DNA of 64,000 nt from an uncultured Gemmatimonadaceae bacterium. GTDB lineage: Bacteria > Gemmatimonadota > Gemmatimonadetes > Gemmatimonadales > Gemmatimonadaceae. The position numbers and the translations under genes were made by a program. The stretch spans positions 2,816,001-2,880,000 of the forward strand of contig CAWJMB010000002.1 of assembly GCA_963843845.1 (NCBI GenBank), written 5' to 3'. This document shows, one piece after another, positions 43,295 to 53,094 of the stretch. The notes beneath the pieces were generated by a model that saw nothing but the letters and a program-made list of their open reading frames with translations, had not been told where the DNA came from and did no database searches. Within the stretch, counting starts at the first letter, position 1; the number at the start of each line of letters is the position of its first letter.

Positions 43295-44140
43295 TCACCG
43301 CGCCGCGTTCGCCCCCCCGAACCGCAGCGACACCGTGGTCGCCCCCCCGGCCGTCACCGTCACCGGCTGCTCGACGCGCCCGAGCCGCTCATGCCATGCG
43401 ACGAGCGTGTACTGCCCCGGCGGCACCGCGTCGAGCTCGAACGCGCCAGTCGCCGTCGACGTCGTCGCGTACGGATGATCGAGGACCAGCACCCACGCGC
43501 GCAGCCACGTTGGCTGGAGCCCCGCGACTTCGATCGCGCCGGCCTCGGCGAGCACCCGGTCGTCGGGGACCACCTGGCCGGCGTTGTTCGTCGCGACCGT
43601 CCCGACCGTATCCCCCGCCGGCCACCGAACGAAGCGGACGAGCGCGCGCATCGGATCCGCGCTGTGCAGGTGCAACGTTCCGCCGGCGACCACCGTCTGC
43701 ACGCGTGGCGCGAGCTGGCACGCGTCGAGCAGCACCTCGTGCCGGCGGATCGCAGGAAGTGCCTTTCCTTCGCGGACGCCCTCGAGCCACACGGCGACTC
43801 CCGCCCCCTTCCCGTCGCGCGTCGGGACCGCGGGGGGCACGACACGCGCCCCGCACGCGCGACGCAGCTGTTCGGGCGGCACGATCGCCGAGTCGGCGGC
43901 GAGCTCCCGGTCCACCTCGACGACCCCGTCGATGCGCCCTCCGTCGACGACGGCGCGCACGACGTATGGCTGCGCCCCCCGACTGATCTCCGGGAGCGCC
44001 ACCTCGCCGGCCGGCCGGGCGGCCGGGAGAGCGGCCGCCGCCTGCGCGTGGGCGGTCGTCACGGTGGCATCCTCCCGGCCACAGGCGGCAGCGACGACGA
44101 CGAACAGCGGCGAGACAGAGCGAAACACGCAGCGAGACAC
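43295..44140 (-). CDS. Putative lipoprotein with carboxypeptidase-regulatory-like domain
   Basis: Lipobox-like AAACG; LDACQLAPRVQ, WLRAWVLVLDHPY, GAFELDAVPPGQYTLVAWHE. Start uncertain. Confidence 0.7.
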   Translation of the reverse strand: MSRCVFRSVSPLFVVVAAACGREDATVTTAHAQAAAALPAARPAGEVALPEISRGAQPYVVRAVVDGGRIDGVVEVDRELAADSAIVPPEQLRRACGARVVPPAVPTRDGKGAGVAVWLEGVREGKALPAIRRHEVLLDACQLAPRVQTVVAGGTLHLHSADPMRALVRFVRWPAGDTVGTVATNNAGQVVPDDRVLAEAGAIEVAGLQPTWLRAWVLVLDHPYATTSTATGAFELDAVPPGQYTLVAWHERLGRVEQPVTVTAGGATTVSLRFGGANAAR

Positions 44141-44256
44141 GAGAGGCGACGACAGAGAGTCAGCGAGCACCGAACGGAGAAGGCAGGGCCTCGACACCGG
44201 GCAAGCGCCGCGCCGCACTCACCGGCGCTGGCGACCCGCGGGGCGACGAGAACGCG

Positions 44257-44631
44257 TCAGCCGTTCACCACGCGATCGAGGACCTGACTCAGCATCGCGC
44301 GATCGGCCGGCATCGCCAGGAACGCGACGCGCCGCTCCCGCGCCACGGCACGAATCTCGTCGACCGCCACCGGCTCGCTGAAGAGGACGAGCCGCGCGCC
44401 CGCTGCCGCAGCCCGTGCGTAGAACAGATCCGATTTCGCCTCGTCGAGCGCGCCGTCGAGCATGACGACGAGGGTCGGCCGCAGTCGTCGGATCGCATCT
44501 TCGGGGCGCTCGCCCGGCGCGGCGAACACGGGCTGGTAGTTCTCCAGCTCCAGCAGCATGCCGATGAGCGCCGCGATGACGCTCTCGCGCGCGAGGATGA
44601 GCACCTGCGTCTGCTGTTCTCTCCGCACCAC
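44257..44631 (-). CDS. Small receiver-domain-like protein
   Basis: VLIL...IAALIGMLLELENY...RLRPTLVVMLD...LVLFS; CheY-like beta/alpha pattern lacking the canonical DD and KP. Confidence 0.55.
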   Translation of the reverse strand: MVRREQQTQVLILARESVIAALIGMLLELENYQPVFAAPGERPEDAIRRLRPTLVVMLDGALDEAKSDLFYARAAAAGARLVLFSEPVAVDEIRAVARERRVAFLAMPADRAMLSQVLDRVVNG

Positions 44632-44720
44632 GCTGTCTCCCTCGCTCTCCAGTCGATGAATCCGTTCTCGGGACGCGCCCGCCGGGTGCCGCGCGCGTGC
44701 AAAGCGTACGCCGAGGCCCT

Positions 44721-44750
44721 TTGACGAGCACGAAACAGATTCTTATGTTT
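44721..44750 (+). promoter_or_regulatory. Near-consensus sigma70 promoter overlapped by an AAACA-N8-TGTTT palindrome
   Basis: TTGACG (44721-44726)-N17-TATGTT (44744-44749); palindrome 44733-44750. Confidence 0.6.
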
Positions 44751-44858
44751 GGGGACCTACCTTGCTCGCCGCCGGGGCACGTTGTTGTTGCTGCTGGGCC
44801 TCCCGGTCCGACCACCCCTCCCGCACGACGACGCCCGCCTTCCCGAGTGGTCCGGTAG

Positions 44859-45170
44859 ATGATGGCTTACGATTCGCGCTCGACATCCGAGCGGCGGCCT
44901 CTCGGCGAGGTCACGACGACGGCCCTCCGGGGCGCCGTGCTCGGTCTCTGGCAACACCCGAGCGAGGGAGATAGTGCCCTGCACGCCGCGATCGGCGGCA
45001 TGATCGCCGAGGCGCGTCAGCGGTCGCTGCGCGCGGAAGACCTGATCCTGGCATTCAAAGAGCTGCTGGCGGCGCTTCCCGAGCTGACCGAGCCGGAGCG
45101 GCGGCTCGAGGCGGTGCGCTTTCGCGAGCGCCTCATCACGCTCTGCATCAAGGCGTACTACGCTCCCTGA
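44859..45170 (+). CDS. Hypothetical helical protein
   Basis: EARQRSLRAEDLILAFK...RERLITLCIKAYY; normal codon usage; downstream of the promoter above. Confidence 0.65.
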   Translation: MMAYDSRSTSERRPLGEVTTTALRGAVLGLWQHPSEGDSALHAAIGGMIAEARQRSLRAEDLILAFKELLAALPELTEPERRLEAVRFRERLITLCIKAYYAP

Positions 45171-46348
45171 GCGAGCACGATCAGGTCCCGCTGATAGTCG
45201 GCGGGCGTGATCACGAGTGCGCCGTCGCCGACGTACGCGTTGACTTCGGAGCGAACGCCGATCTCCCCGGGAAGGTAGACGCCGGGCTCGATCGAGAAGC
45301 CGACGCCGGGGATCAGCAGCCGCTCTTCTCGCGTCTCCAGGTTGTCGAGGTGTGGCCCCGAGCCGTGGAGCTCGCGCGCGTCGATCGAGTGGCCGGTACG
45401 GTGCGTGAAGTAGGGCCCGAACCCGCGCGACGTGATGACGTGTCGCGCGGCGTCGTCGGCCTCGCCCCCTCGAACGTCCTGCCTTCCGTCGATGCGAGCG
45501 CGGAGCAGCTCGATCGCGGCGTCACGCGCGTCGCGAACGGCCTCCCAGATCGTGACGGCGCGTTCGCTCGGCGCCCCGACGCTCGCCATCCACGTCTGAT
45601 CGGCGTACGGGTGGCCGGGCTCGCACGCCCACAGGTCGATCAGCAGGAGCGCGTCGCGCTGAATCGGGTGCGGGCTGTCCGGCGACGGCTCGTAGTGCGG
45701 ATTCGCCGCGTTCGCGCCCGACGACACGTTCGGTCCGTGGTCGGTGACGAGCCCCGCCCGCGCGAACGCGTCGCGGATCCGCTGCTGCACCTCGTGCTCG
45801 TGAACCGTCTCGCCGCGACCGAGCCGTGCGCCCGTATCGGCGAAGGCGTCGCGCGCGACCCCGGCGACGATCTCGGCGGACTTCCGGTGCGACGCCAGAT
45901 CGCCCGGCGTCCAGACCGCGTACAGCCGCGAGATCAGCTCGCCCGACGACACGACCTCGGCGCCCGCGGCGCGCACGAGATCGAGGATCCCCGCCGGGAT
46001 CCGGTCGACGTACGGCACGGCGTCTCCGGGCGAATACTCCATCGCCACGCGCCGCCCGCGCACGAGCGCGGCGACCGACGCTTCGAGGACCGGCCACGCG
46101 CTGTAGACGACCTTCTTCCACTCGACCGGCCACCGATGCCACACGCGCTGCTCGATGGCGTGCGTGATCGCCGTCGGCGCGCCGTCGCGCGGGATCCAGA
46201 CGAAGATGCGCCGACTCACCATCCCTTCGAGGCCGGCGAGCCCTGCGGCGATCGGGTTCGTGCCGCGGAAATCGTAGAGCAGCCAGCCGTCGAGTCCGGC
46301 CTCGGCGATGGCGTCCTGGAATCGCGGGAGCGCGTCGGGGGTCAGCAT
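45158..46348 (-). CDS. M24 family (aminopeptidase P-like) metallopeptidase
   Basis: DGWLLYDF, NPHY, LLIDLW, YADQTW, FTHRTGHSI, FSIEPGVY, GVRSE. Confidence 0.9.
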   Translation of the reverse strand: MLTPDALPRFQDAIAEAGLDGWLLYDFRGTNPIAAGLAGLEGMVSRRIFVWIPRDGAPTAITHAIEQRVWHRWPVEWKKVVYSAWPVLEASVAALVRGRRVAMEYSPGDAVPYVDRIPAGILDLVRAAGAEVVSSGELISRLYAVWTPGDLASHRKSAEIVAGVARDAFADTGARLGRGETVHEHEVQQRIRDAFARAGLVTDHGPNVSSGANAANPHYEPSPDSPHPIQRDALLLIDLWACEPGHPYADQTWMASVGAPSERAVTIWEAVRDARDAAIELLRARIDGRQDVRGGEADDAARHVITSRGFGPYFTHRTGHSIDARELHGSGPHLDNLETREERLLIPGVGFSIEPGVYLPGEIGVRSEVNAYVGDGALVITPADYQRDLIVLAQGA

Positions 46349-46370
46349 CGCGAGAATGTAATGACGCCCG

Positions 46371-46985
46371 TCACCCGCGATGCCACTCCGCGCGCCACTG
46401 GCAGCGACCCTCGTCGCGCCGCGCGCAGCGCACGTGCTCGACCGAGCTCTCGCCGCCGAGCAGCAGGTGTAGCAACTCGCGGAAGCCCGCCTCGTAGTAG
46501 GCGCATCCCGCTGCCCCGGTCTGCGTCGTGACCGGCGCCGGCACGTCGAGCACGATCGCCGCGCCGCTCCGCGCGACCGACCCGGCGAAGTAGCGGCGCG
46601 CGACGCGGCGCACCTGCCGCAGCGCCAGGGGACGCGAGAGCAGTCCGGGCAGTGCGCGCACCACGCGCCGCGTCGCGGCCGGCATGCCGTCGTAGACGCG
46701 ACCCGCCAGGAGGCGCCCCGCGGCGCGGAAGACCTCTTCCGCATCGGGCCGCCGGTCGATGAGCCGCGCGAGTCCCGTCACCTCATCGACCGCCGCGCGC
46801 TGACTGCGCCGCACCGCGTCGCCGTAGCGACGGATCTGCGCGTTGACGGTGTCGCTGAGCCCGAGCCGCTTGTTCCGCAGCTCGGCCACGAACTCCGCAT
46901 CGGGATCCTCGACCGGGCGGTCGACGACGCGCACGGCTTCGAGTAGGCTGAGCGGGAGCAGGGCGTCCACCGTACCAGTCATCAC
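46371..46985 (-). CDS. Hypothetical protein with V4R-like C-terminus
   Basis: GCAYYEAG...VEHVRC...GRCQW Cys pattern typical of V4R domains. Confidence 0.55.
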   Translation of the reverse strand: MMTGTVDALLPLSLLEAVRVVDRPVEDPDAEFVAELRNKRLGLSDTVNAQIRRYGDAVRRSQRAAVDEVTGLARLIDRRPDAEEVFRAAGRLLAGRVYDGMPAATRRVVRALPGLLSRPLALRQVRRVARRYFAGSVARSGAAIVLDVPAPVTTQTGAAGCAYYEAGFRELLHLLLGGESSVEHVRCARRDEGRCQWRAEWHRG

Positions 46986-47040
46986 ACCAGACGAAAACGA
47001 GGGACGGGAACGCTATGCGCGCCCCTGATGCCGTTCAAGC

Positions 47041-47898
47041 GTGATCGTGATCACCGTGCGAATCCTCGCGGGGCTGGCGCTCGCCACCGTGATCGCCGCC
47101 GCGGCGCTGCGGGCACGTTCGCTGTCGCGCAGCGGCGCCTTCGCCGCGACGGCGCTCGGCACCATCGCGATCGGAGCGGGGTGGGGGTGGGGCGCCCTGC
47201 TCATCGCGTACTTCGTGCTCGGGAGTGCGCTCTCGCGCTGGCGGTCGACCGAGAAAGCCGCGCGGACGGGGACGATCGTCGAGAAGGGAGGCGCGCGCGA
47301 CGCGAGCCAGGTGCTCGCGAACGGCGGCATCTTCGCGCTCGCCGCGCTCGGGAGCGTCGCCGCGCAGCTGGGCCTCGGACGCGCTACGCTCGCCGACGGC
47401 GCATTCGTGGCCGGGGCGACCGACGCTCCGCTCTGGCTCGGGGCAGCCGGCGCGGGCGCGCTGGCCGCCGCGGCCGCCGACACCTGGGCGACCGAGCTCG
47501 GAACTCTCGCGCCTGGTCGGCCGTTGTCGCTCCGTACCTTTCGACGGGTCGACCCGGGGACGTCGGGCGCGGTGTCGGCGCGTGGAACGATCGCCCTGGT
47601 CCTCGGCGCCGTCGTCACGGGGGGGCTCGCGCGGCTCCTCGGCGTCGCACCGGTGCTCCCGGCGATCGCCGGCGGCGTCGCCGGCGCGGTCGCGGACACG
47701 CTGCTCGGCGCGGCGGTGCAGGCGCGGCGGTGGTGCGCTCGTTGCCAAGCAGGGACCGAGCGGCGCGTGCACGACTGTGGCACGGCGACGACACATGCGG
47801 GCGGGATCCCTCGCCTCGACAACGACCTCGTGAACGTCGCCTGCGCCGCGCTCGGCGCGGTCGTGAGCGTGTGGCTCGCGGCGCGGATGGGATCATGA
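47041..47898 (+). CDS. DUF92 family membrane protein
   Basis: SLSRSGA, RDASQVLANGG, ADTWATELG, GTSGAVS, DTLLGA, LDNDLVN. Confidence 0.9.
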   Translation: MIVITVRILAGLALATVIAAAALRARSLSRSGAFAATALGTIAIGAGWGWGALLIAYFVLGSALSRWRSTEKAARTGTIVEKGGARDASQVLANGGIFALAALGSVAAQLGLGRATLADGAFVAGATDAPLWLGAAGAGALAAAAADTWATELGTLAPGRPLSLRTFRRVDPGTSGAVSARGTIALVLGAVVTGGLARLLGVAPVLPAIAGGVAGAVADTLLGAAVQARRWCARCQAGTERRVHDCGTATTHAGGIPRLDNDLVNVACAALGAVVSVWLAARMGS

Positions 47899-47911
47899 AC
47901 GGGAGAATCGC

Positions 47912-49188
47912 GTGAACGGTCGGTACGATGCGGAAGTGATCGTCGTCGGCGGCGGGCCGGCCGGTGCGTCGACGGCGTGGCATCTCGCGCGCGCCGGCGT
48001 CGACGTGCTCGTGCTCGACCGGGCGCGGTTTCCGCGCGAGAAGGCGTGCGCGGAGTGCCTGAGTCCCGAGGCGTCGCGCCTGCTGCTCTCGATGGGCGCG
48101 CTCGACGCGCTCGAGGCCGAAGGCGCGCGGCTCTCGGGGATGATCGTGCGGGCGCCGGACGGCGCGACGATCCGTGGCGACTTCTCCGCCGCGCACGGCT
48201 GGCAGGCGCCGCGCGACTACGGACTCGCCGTGCGGCGGCCGGTGCTCGACACGGCGCTGCTGGCGTGCGCGCGGGCGGCCGGCGCGCGCGTGCACGAAGG
48301 CGCCCACGTGAGCGACGTGGTGCGCGACGAGCGCGGCGGGCGGGGGGCGTGCGTCGACACCGGGAGCGGCGCCGGCGATGCCGCGGTCGGCACGCGCGAG
48401 CTGCGCGCGCGCTGGGTCGTCGGCGCCGACGGGCTGCGGTCGATCGTCGCGCGGCGGCTCGGTGCCGCCCGCACGCGCCCGTGGCCGCGGCGCCTCGCGC
48501 TCGTCGCGCACTGGCGCGGCGTGCGCGACGTCGGCGCGCTCTGCGAGATGCACGTCGAGCGCGACGGCTTCATCGGCATCGCGGACGTCGGCGGCGGACA
48601 TGACGAACACGTCCATGGTCGTGCCGTCGCGCGAGGCCGCCGCAGCGTCGAGCGGCGATCCCGGCGGCGTACCTCGACCGCTGGATCGCCCGGCGGCCGC
48701 AGCTCGCCGAGCGCTTCGCCGGCGCCGAGCGCGTCGGACCGGTGCGCGCGACGGGCCGTTCGCGTCGATGTCGCGCCGCGCCTGGGCGCCGGGCGCCGCG
48801 CTCGTCGGCGACGCCGCCGACTTCTTCGACCCGTTCACCGGCGAGGGCATCTACGCCGCGCTGCGCGGCGGCGAGCTGCTCGCCCCGTTCCTGCCGAGGC
48901 GTGCCGCGCGGCACGACCGCGGCGCGCGATCGTGCGCTGCGCCGGGTACGACGCCGCGCGCCGGCGCACCTTTCGGCGGCAAGTGGGCCGTCGAGCGGAT
49001 CATCGGCGCGCGTCGTCGCGGCGCCGTGGCTGATCAATCGCGCCGCGCGCTCGCTCTCTCGCCGACGCGATCTCGCCGACCTGCTCGTCGGCGTCGCCGG
49101 CGACTTCGTGCCGCCGTCCGCGGTGCTCAACCTTCCCTACGTCTGGAACGTGTTCGGCTTTCCGCTCCGCCTCGCCGCGCGCCCCTCG
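47912..49188 (+). CDS. FAD-dependent oxidoreductase, geranylgeranyl-reductase-like (several frameshifts 48590-49020; 3' end uncertain)
   Basis: VIVVGGGPAG, FPREKACAECLSP, VVGADGLRS; other frames give LVGDAADFFDPFTGEGIYAAL and DLLVGVAGDFVPP. Confidence 0.8.
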
Positions 49189-49668
49189 ATGGCGCTCGAC
49201 CCCGACAGCTTCCGCGCGGTCCTCGGCCGCTTCGCCACCGGCGTCACGGTCGTCACGAGCTGCGACGACGGCGGACTCGCGCACGGCATGACGGCGACGG
49301 CGTTCTGCTCGGTGAGCCTCGAGCCGCCGCTCGTGCTCGTCTGCATCGACCGCACGGCGTCGATGCACGACCTGCTGCAGCGCGACCACCCGTTCGCCGT
49401 CAACGTGCTCTCGGCGGGCCAGGAGGCGCTCTCGCGCCGATTCGCGTCCGGCGATCCGCCGAATCGCTTCGACGGACTCGGCTACCACGGCGGGCAGACG
49501 GGGGTACCGATCCTCGACGACGTCGTCGCCTGGCTCGAGGCGCGGGTGACGGCGCGCCACGAGGCGGGCGACCACACGATCGTCGTCGGCCGCGTGGAGC
49601 TCGCGGAGACGCGCCACGAGCGCCCGCTGCTGTACTATCGCGGCGGCTATGCGCAGCTCGAGCGGTAG
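49189..49668 (+). CDS. Flavin reductase family protein
   Basis: FRAVLGRFATGVTVV, GMTATAFCSVSLEPPLV, FAVNVL, AGDHTIVVG, PLLYYRGGY. Confidence 0.92.
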   Translation: MALDPDSFRAVLGRFATGVTVVTSCDDGGLAHGMTATAFCSVSLEPPLVLVCIDRTASMHDLLQRDHPFAVNVLSAGQEALSRRFASGDPPNRFDGLGYHGGQTGVPILDDVVAWLEARVTARHEAGDHTIVVGRVELAETRHERPLLYYRGGYAQLER

Positions 49669-49674
49669 GCGCCC

Positions 49675-50385
49675 GTGCTCGGACTGGTTCCCGCCCGCCG
49701 CCGCGGCGTCGAGCTGCTCGACGACCCGGACGTCCCGGCGAACGTCGCCGAACGCTCGCTGCGCGACGTCGCCCGGTCGAACGTGCTGTTCGGCGGGCGC
49801 CGCGCGGTCGTGCGGACGTTCGAGCGCCTCCTGCCGCAGCTCGCGTCGCTCGGCGCCGCGTCAGGGACTGCGACGACGCTCCTCGACGTCGGCACCGGGC
49901 TCGGCGACATCCCGGCGGCGGCGCGGCGGCGTGCGGCGCGGCACGGCGTCTCGCTCGTCACGCTCGGCGTCGATCTGCGCGCGTCGCTCGCCGCGGCGAG
50001 CCGCGACCGCATCGGCATCGCGGTCTGCGCCGACGGACTGCGGCTGCCGTTCGCCGACCGGAGCGTCGACGTCGTGACCTGCTCGCAGGTGCTGCACCAC
50101 TTCGCCGACGACGATGCCGTCGCGCTGCTGCGCGAGATGACCCGCGTCGCCCGCGTCGCGGTCATCGTCGGCGATCTGCGGCGCAGTTGGCTCGCCGCGG
50201 CGCTGTTCTGGCTCGTCTCCTTTCCGCTAGGCTTTCATCGTGTGACGCGCCACGACGGCGTCGTCTCGGTGCTGCGCGGCTTCACGACCGACGACATGCG
50301 GCGGCTGGCGTGCGCGGCAGGCGTCGACTCGCCCGACGTGCGCCGCATGCTCGGCTGGCGCGTCGCGGCGACGTGGGCCGCGTGA
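49675..50385 (+). CDS. SAM-dependent methyltransferase
   Basis: ELLDD...LRDVARSNVLFGG, LLDVGTGLGD, LPFADRSVDVV...LHHF, VTRHDGVVSVLRGF. Confidence 0.88.
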   Translation: MLGLVPARRRGVELLDDPDVPANVAERSLRDVARSNVLFGGRRAVVRTFERLLPQLASLGAASGTATTLLDVGTGLGDIPAAARRRAARHGVSLVTLGVDLRASLAAASRDRIGIAVCADGLRLPFADRSVDVVTCSQVLHHFADDDAVALLREMTRVARVAVIVGDLRRSWLAAALFWLVSFPLGFHRVTRHDGVVSVLRGFTTDDMRRLACAAGVDSPDVRRMLGWRVAATWAA

Positions 50386-50434
50386 CGCGGGCCGGCCACG
50401 GCCACTCTCCTTCGCTCGCTCTGTCCGTCGCGCC

Positions 50435-50986
50435 ATGACCGCTCCCGACGCCCCCGGCCGCCCCGACGTTTCCGAGCGCGCCCCGCGCCGCCCGTATCGG
50501 CTCGGGCCGATGCCGCTCGACCGCTCGATGCTCACGCTCGACGAGCGGACGGTGCGCGCGCCGGTCGCGCGCATCTTCGCGCTCGCCCGTGACGTCGAGC
50601 AGTGGCCGGAGCACCTTCCCCACTACCGGTTCGTGAAGTTCCGCCGCCGCGCGACCGACGGTGGCGGTCTCGTCGAGATGGCGGCGAACCGCCCCTTCGG
50701 CCCCGCCAGCTGGCCGACGTGGTGGCTCTCCGAGATGAGCGTCGATGAATCGGCGCCGGCAGTGCGCTATCGTCATGTCGACGGGATCACGACGGGCATG
50801 GACGTCGAGTGGACGTTCCGACGCGTCGATGCATCGACGACGCACGTTCGCATCGTACACGTCTGGAACGGCCCGGGATGGCCGCTCATCAGCACGGTCG
50901 CCGCCGTCGGCGTCATCGGCCCCGTCTTCGTGCACGGCATCGCGTCGCGTACGCTCGCCGGGCTGGCGGCGGCGGCGGAGCGGTAG
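50435..50986 (+). CDS. SRPBCC/START-fold (polyketide cyclase/aromatase-like) protein
   Basis: VRAPVARIFALARDVEQWPEHLPHY, RYRHVDGITTGMDVEWTF, TRV-like THVRIVH. Confidence 0.8.
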   Translation: MTAPDAPGRPDVSERAPRRPYRLGPMPLDRSMLTLDERTVRAPVARIFALARDVEQWPEHLPHYRFVKFRRRATDGGGLVEMAANRPFGPASWPTWWLSEMSVDESAPAVRYRHVDGITTGMDVEWTFRRVDASTTHVRIVHVWNGPGWPLISTVAAVGVIGPVFVHGIASRTLAGLAAAAER

Positions 50987-51063
50987 GCACCCGTGTCCGT
51001 CATTTCGAGCGCAGCGAGCCTTCTCGCCGTGTGCGCACTGTCTCGCGTCCTGAGGGTCATTCG

Positions 51064-52305
51064 TTGAAGCAGCGTCGTCGTGTCGTCATCACCGGGATCG
51101 GAGCGATCACCCCCATCGGCCTCACCGTGAGCGGGCTGCGCGAGGGGCTCCGCGCGGAGCGGTCCGCGGTCGGGCCGGTGACGCGGTTCGATCCGTCGCC
51201 CTGGCGCACGAAGATCGCCGCGCAGATCAACGACTTCTCGCCAGGCGACCACCTCGAGAAGAAGCGGTCGGCGCGGCTCGACCGGTTCGGCCAGTTCTCG
51301 GTCGTCGCGGCCCGCATGGCGCTCGCCGACGGAGCGCTCGACCTCGCGCACGAGGACCGCGACCGCGTCGGTGCGATGATGGGCACGGCACTCGGCGGCG
51401 TCGGAGCGGCCGAGGTCGAGGTCCACAACTTCCTGCGCGAGGGCGTGCACGGCGTCGACCCGTCGATCGCGCTCAAGGTCTTCGGCGGCGCCGCGAGCTG
51501 CAACATCGCGATCGAGCTCGGCGTCTCGGGGCCCAACAGCACGAACGCGATGAGCTGCGCGTCGGGCACCATCGCCATCGGCGACGCGCTGCGCGCGATT
51601 CGCGACGGCTACGCCGACATCATGCTCGCCGGCGGCGCCGAGGCCCCGCTCGCGCCGCTCTCGTTCGGCGCGTTCGCGATCATCCGCGCGATGAGCACCC
51701 GCAACGACGACCCGTCGACCGCCTCGCGCCCGTTCGACCGCGGGCGTGACGGCTTCGTGATGGGGGAAGGCGCCGCGGTGCTGCTGCTCGAGGAGCACGA
51801 CCGCGCGATCGCCCGCGGCGCGCGCATCTACGCCGAACTGATCGGCTACGGCACGACGAACGACGCGCACCACATGACCGCGCCCCGCCCCGACGGACGG
51901 CAGGCGGCGCGCGCGATGTCGCTCGCGCTCGCCGACGCCGACGTCCACCCGCACGAGATCGGCTACGTGAACGCGCACGGCAGCTCGACACCCCTCAACG
52001 ACCCGACCGAGACGCTCGCGATGAAGCAGGTCTTCGGCGAGCACGCGGCGACGCTCGAGGTCAGCTCGACGAAGGGCTACTACGGCCACGCGCTCGGGGC
52101 GTCGGGCGCGTTCGAGTCGGCGATCTCGGCGCTCGCGATCCACGACGAGTGGCTGCCGCCGACGCTGAACCTCGTGACGCCCGCCGACGGGTGCGATCTG
52201 GACTACATTCCGGGCGCCGGCCGCGCGGCGCGCGTGGAGCACGTGCTGACGAACAGCTTCGGCTTCGGCGGCATCAATGCCGCGCTCGTGCTGCGCCGCG
52301 CCTGA
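51064..52305 (+). CDS. fabF: Beta-ketoacyl-ACP synthase II-like ketosynthase
   Basis: RRVVITGIG, Cys in SCASG, SRPFDRGRDGFVMGEG, NAHGSST, GHALGA, NSFGFGG. TTG start inferred. Confidence 0.88.
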   Translation: MKQRRRVVITGIGAITPIGLTVSGLREGLRAERSAVGPVTRFDPSPWRTKIAAQINDFSPGDHLEKKRSARLDRFGQFSVVAARMALADGALDLAHEDRDRVGAMMGTALGGVGAAEVEVHNFLREGVHGVDPSIALKVFGGAASCNIAIELGVSGPNSTNAMSCASGTIAIGDALRAIRDGYADIMLAGGAEAPLAPLSFGAFAIIRAMSTRNDDPSTASRPFDRGRDGFVMGEGAAVLLLEEHDRAIARGARIYAELIGYGTTNDAHHMTAPRPDGRQAARAMSLALADADVHPHEIGYVNAHGSSTPLNDPTETLAMKQVFGEHAATLEVSSTKGYYGHALGASGAFESAISALAIHDEWLPPTLNLVTPADGCDLDYIPGAGRAARVEHVLTNSFGFGGINAALVLRRA

Positions 52306-52350
52306 CGACCGGCCGACCGATCGCCTGACGCACTCCCGTTCGCACTCGCC

Positions 52351-53094
52351 ATGAGAGACTCGCTGCGTCACTTTCTCGCCGAGTTCATCGGCACCTTCGC
52401 GCTCGTCTTCGTCGGCGGCGGCGCGCTGTTCATGGCGCAGCAGGGGAACGGCGACCTGCTCACGGTCGCCGTCGCGACCGGGTTGATCCTCGCGGTCATG
52501 GTGACGGCCGTCATGCGCGTCGCCGGACACTTCAACCCGGCCGTCACGCTCGGCTTCCTCGCCACGCGCCGGATCCAGCCGACGATGGCCGGCCTCTACA
52601 TCCTCGCGCAGCTCGCCGGCGCGATGGCCGCGGGGTACGCGCACAGAGGGCTGGTGCCGATCGACGTCTACAACGCGGCCCACGGCGGCACGCTGTCCAT
52701 CGCGCTCGCGACGAGCGGGGCGCAGGCGTTCCTCCTCGAGGCGATCGCGACGTTCTTCCTGATGTTCGCGGTGTTCGGCAGCGCCGTCGACCCGCAGGCG
52801 CCGAAGATCGGGGGCTTCGCGATCGGCCTGACGATGACCGCCGCGATCCTCGCGATCGGCCCGCTCACCGGCGCCGCGCTGAACCCGGCGCGCGCGTTCG
52901 GCCCGGCGGTCGCGCTCGGCCAGTTCGAGGGGCAGATCGTCTACTGGCTCGGCCCGATCGTCGGCGCGGTGACGGCCGCGGTGCTCTACGACCAGCTCTT
53001 CCTGCCGCGCCCTCCCGAGACACCGGGGAGCGGCGCCGTGCAGCCCGCGCCGCCGGAGCAGCGACGCCGCGGGCCGCGCGAGCACGCGGGGTGA
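52351..53094 (+). CDS. MIP/aquaporin family channel
   Basis: LAEFIGTF, HFNPAVT, LNPARAFGP, YWLGPIVG. Confidence 0.92.
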   Translation: MRDSLRHFLAEFIGTFALVFVGGGALFMAQQGNGDLLTVAVATGLILAVMVTAVMRVAGHFNPAVTLGFLATRRIQPTMAGLYILAQLAGAMAAGYAHRGLVPIDVYNAAHGGTLSIALATSGAQAFLLEAIATFFLMFAVFGSAVDPQAPKIGGFAIGLTMTAAILAIGPLTGAALNPARAFGPAVALGQFEGQIVYWLGPIVGAVTAAVLYDQLFLPRPPETPGSGAVQPAPPEQRRRGPREHAG

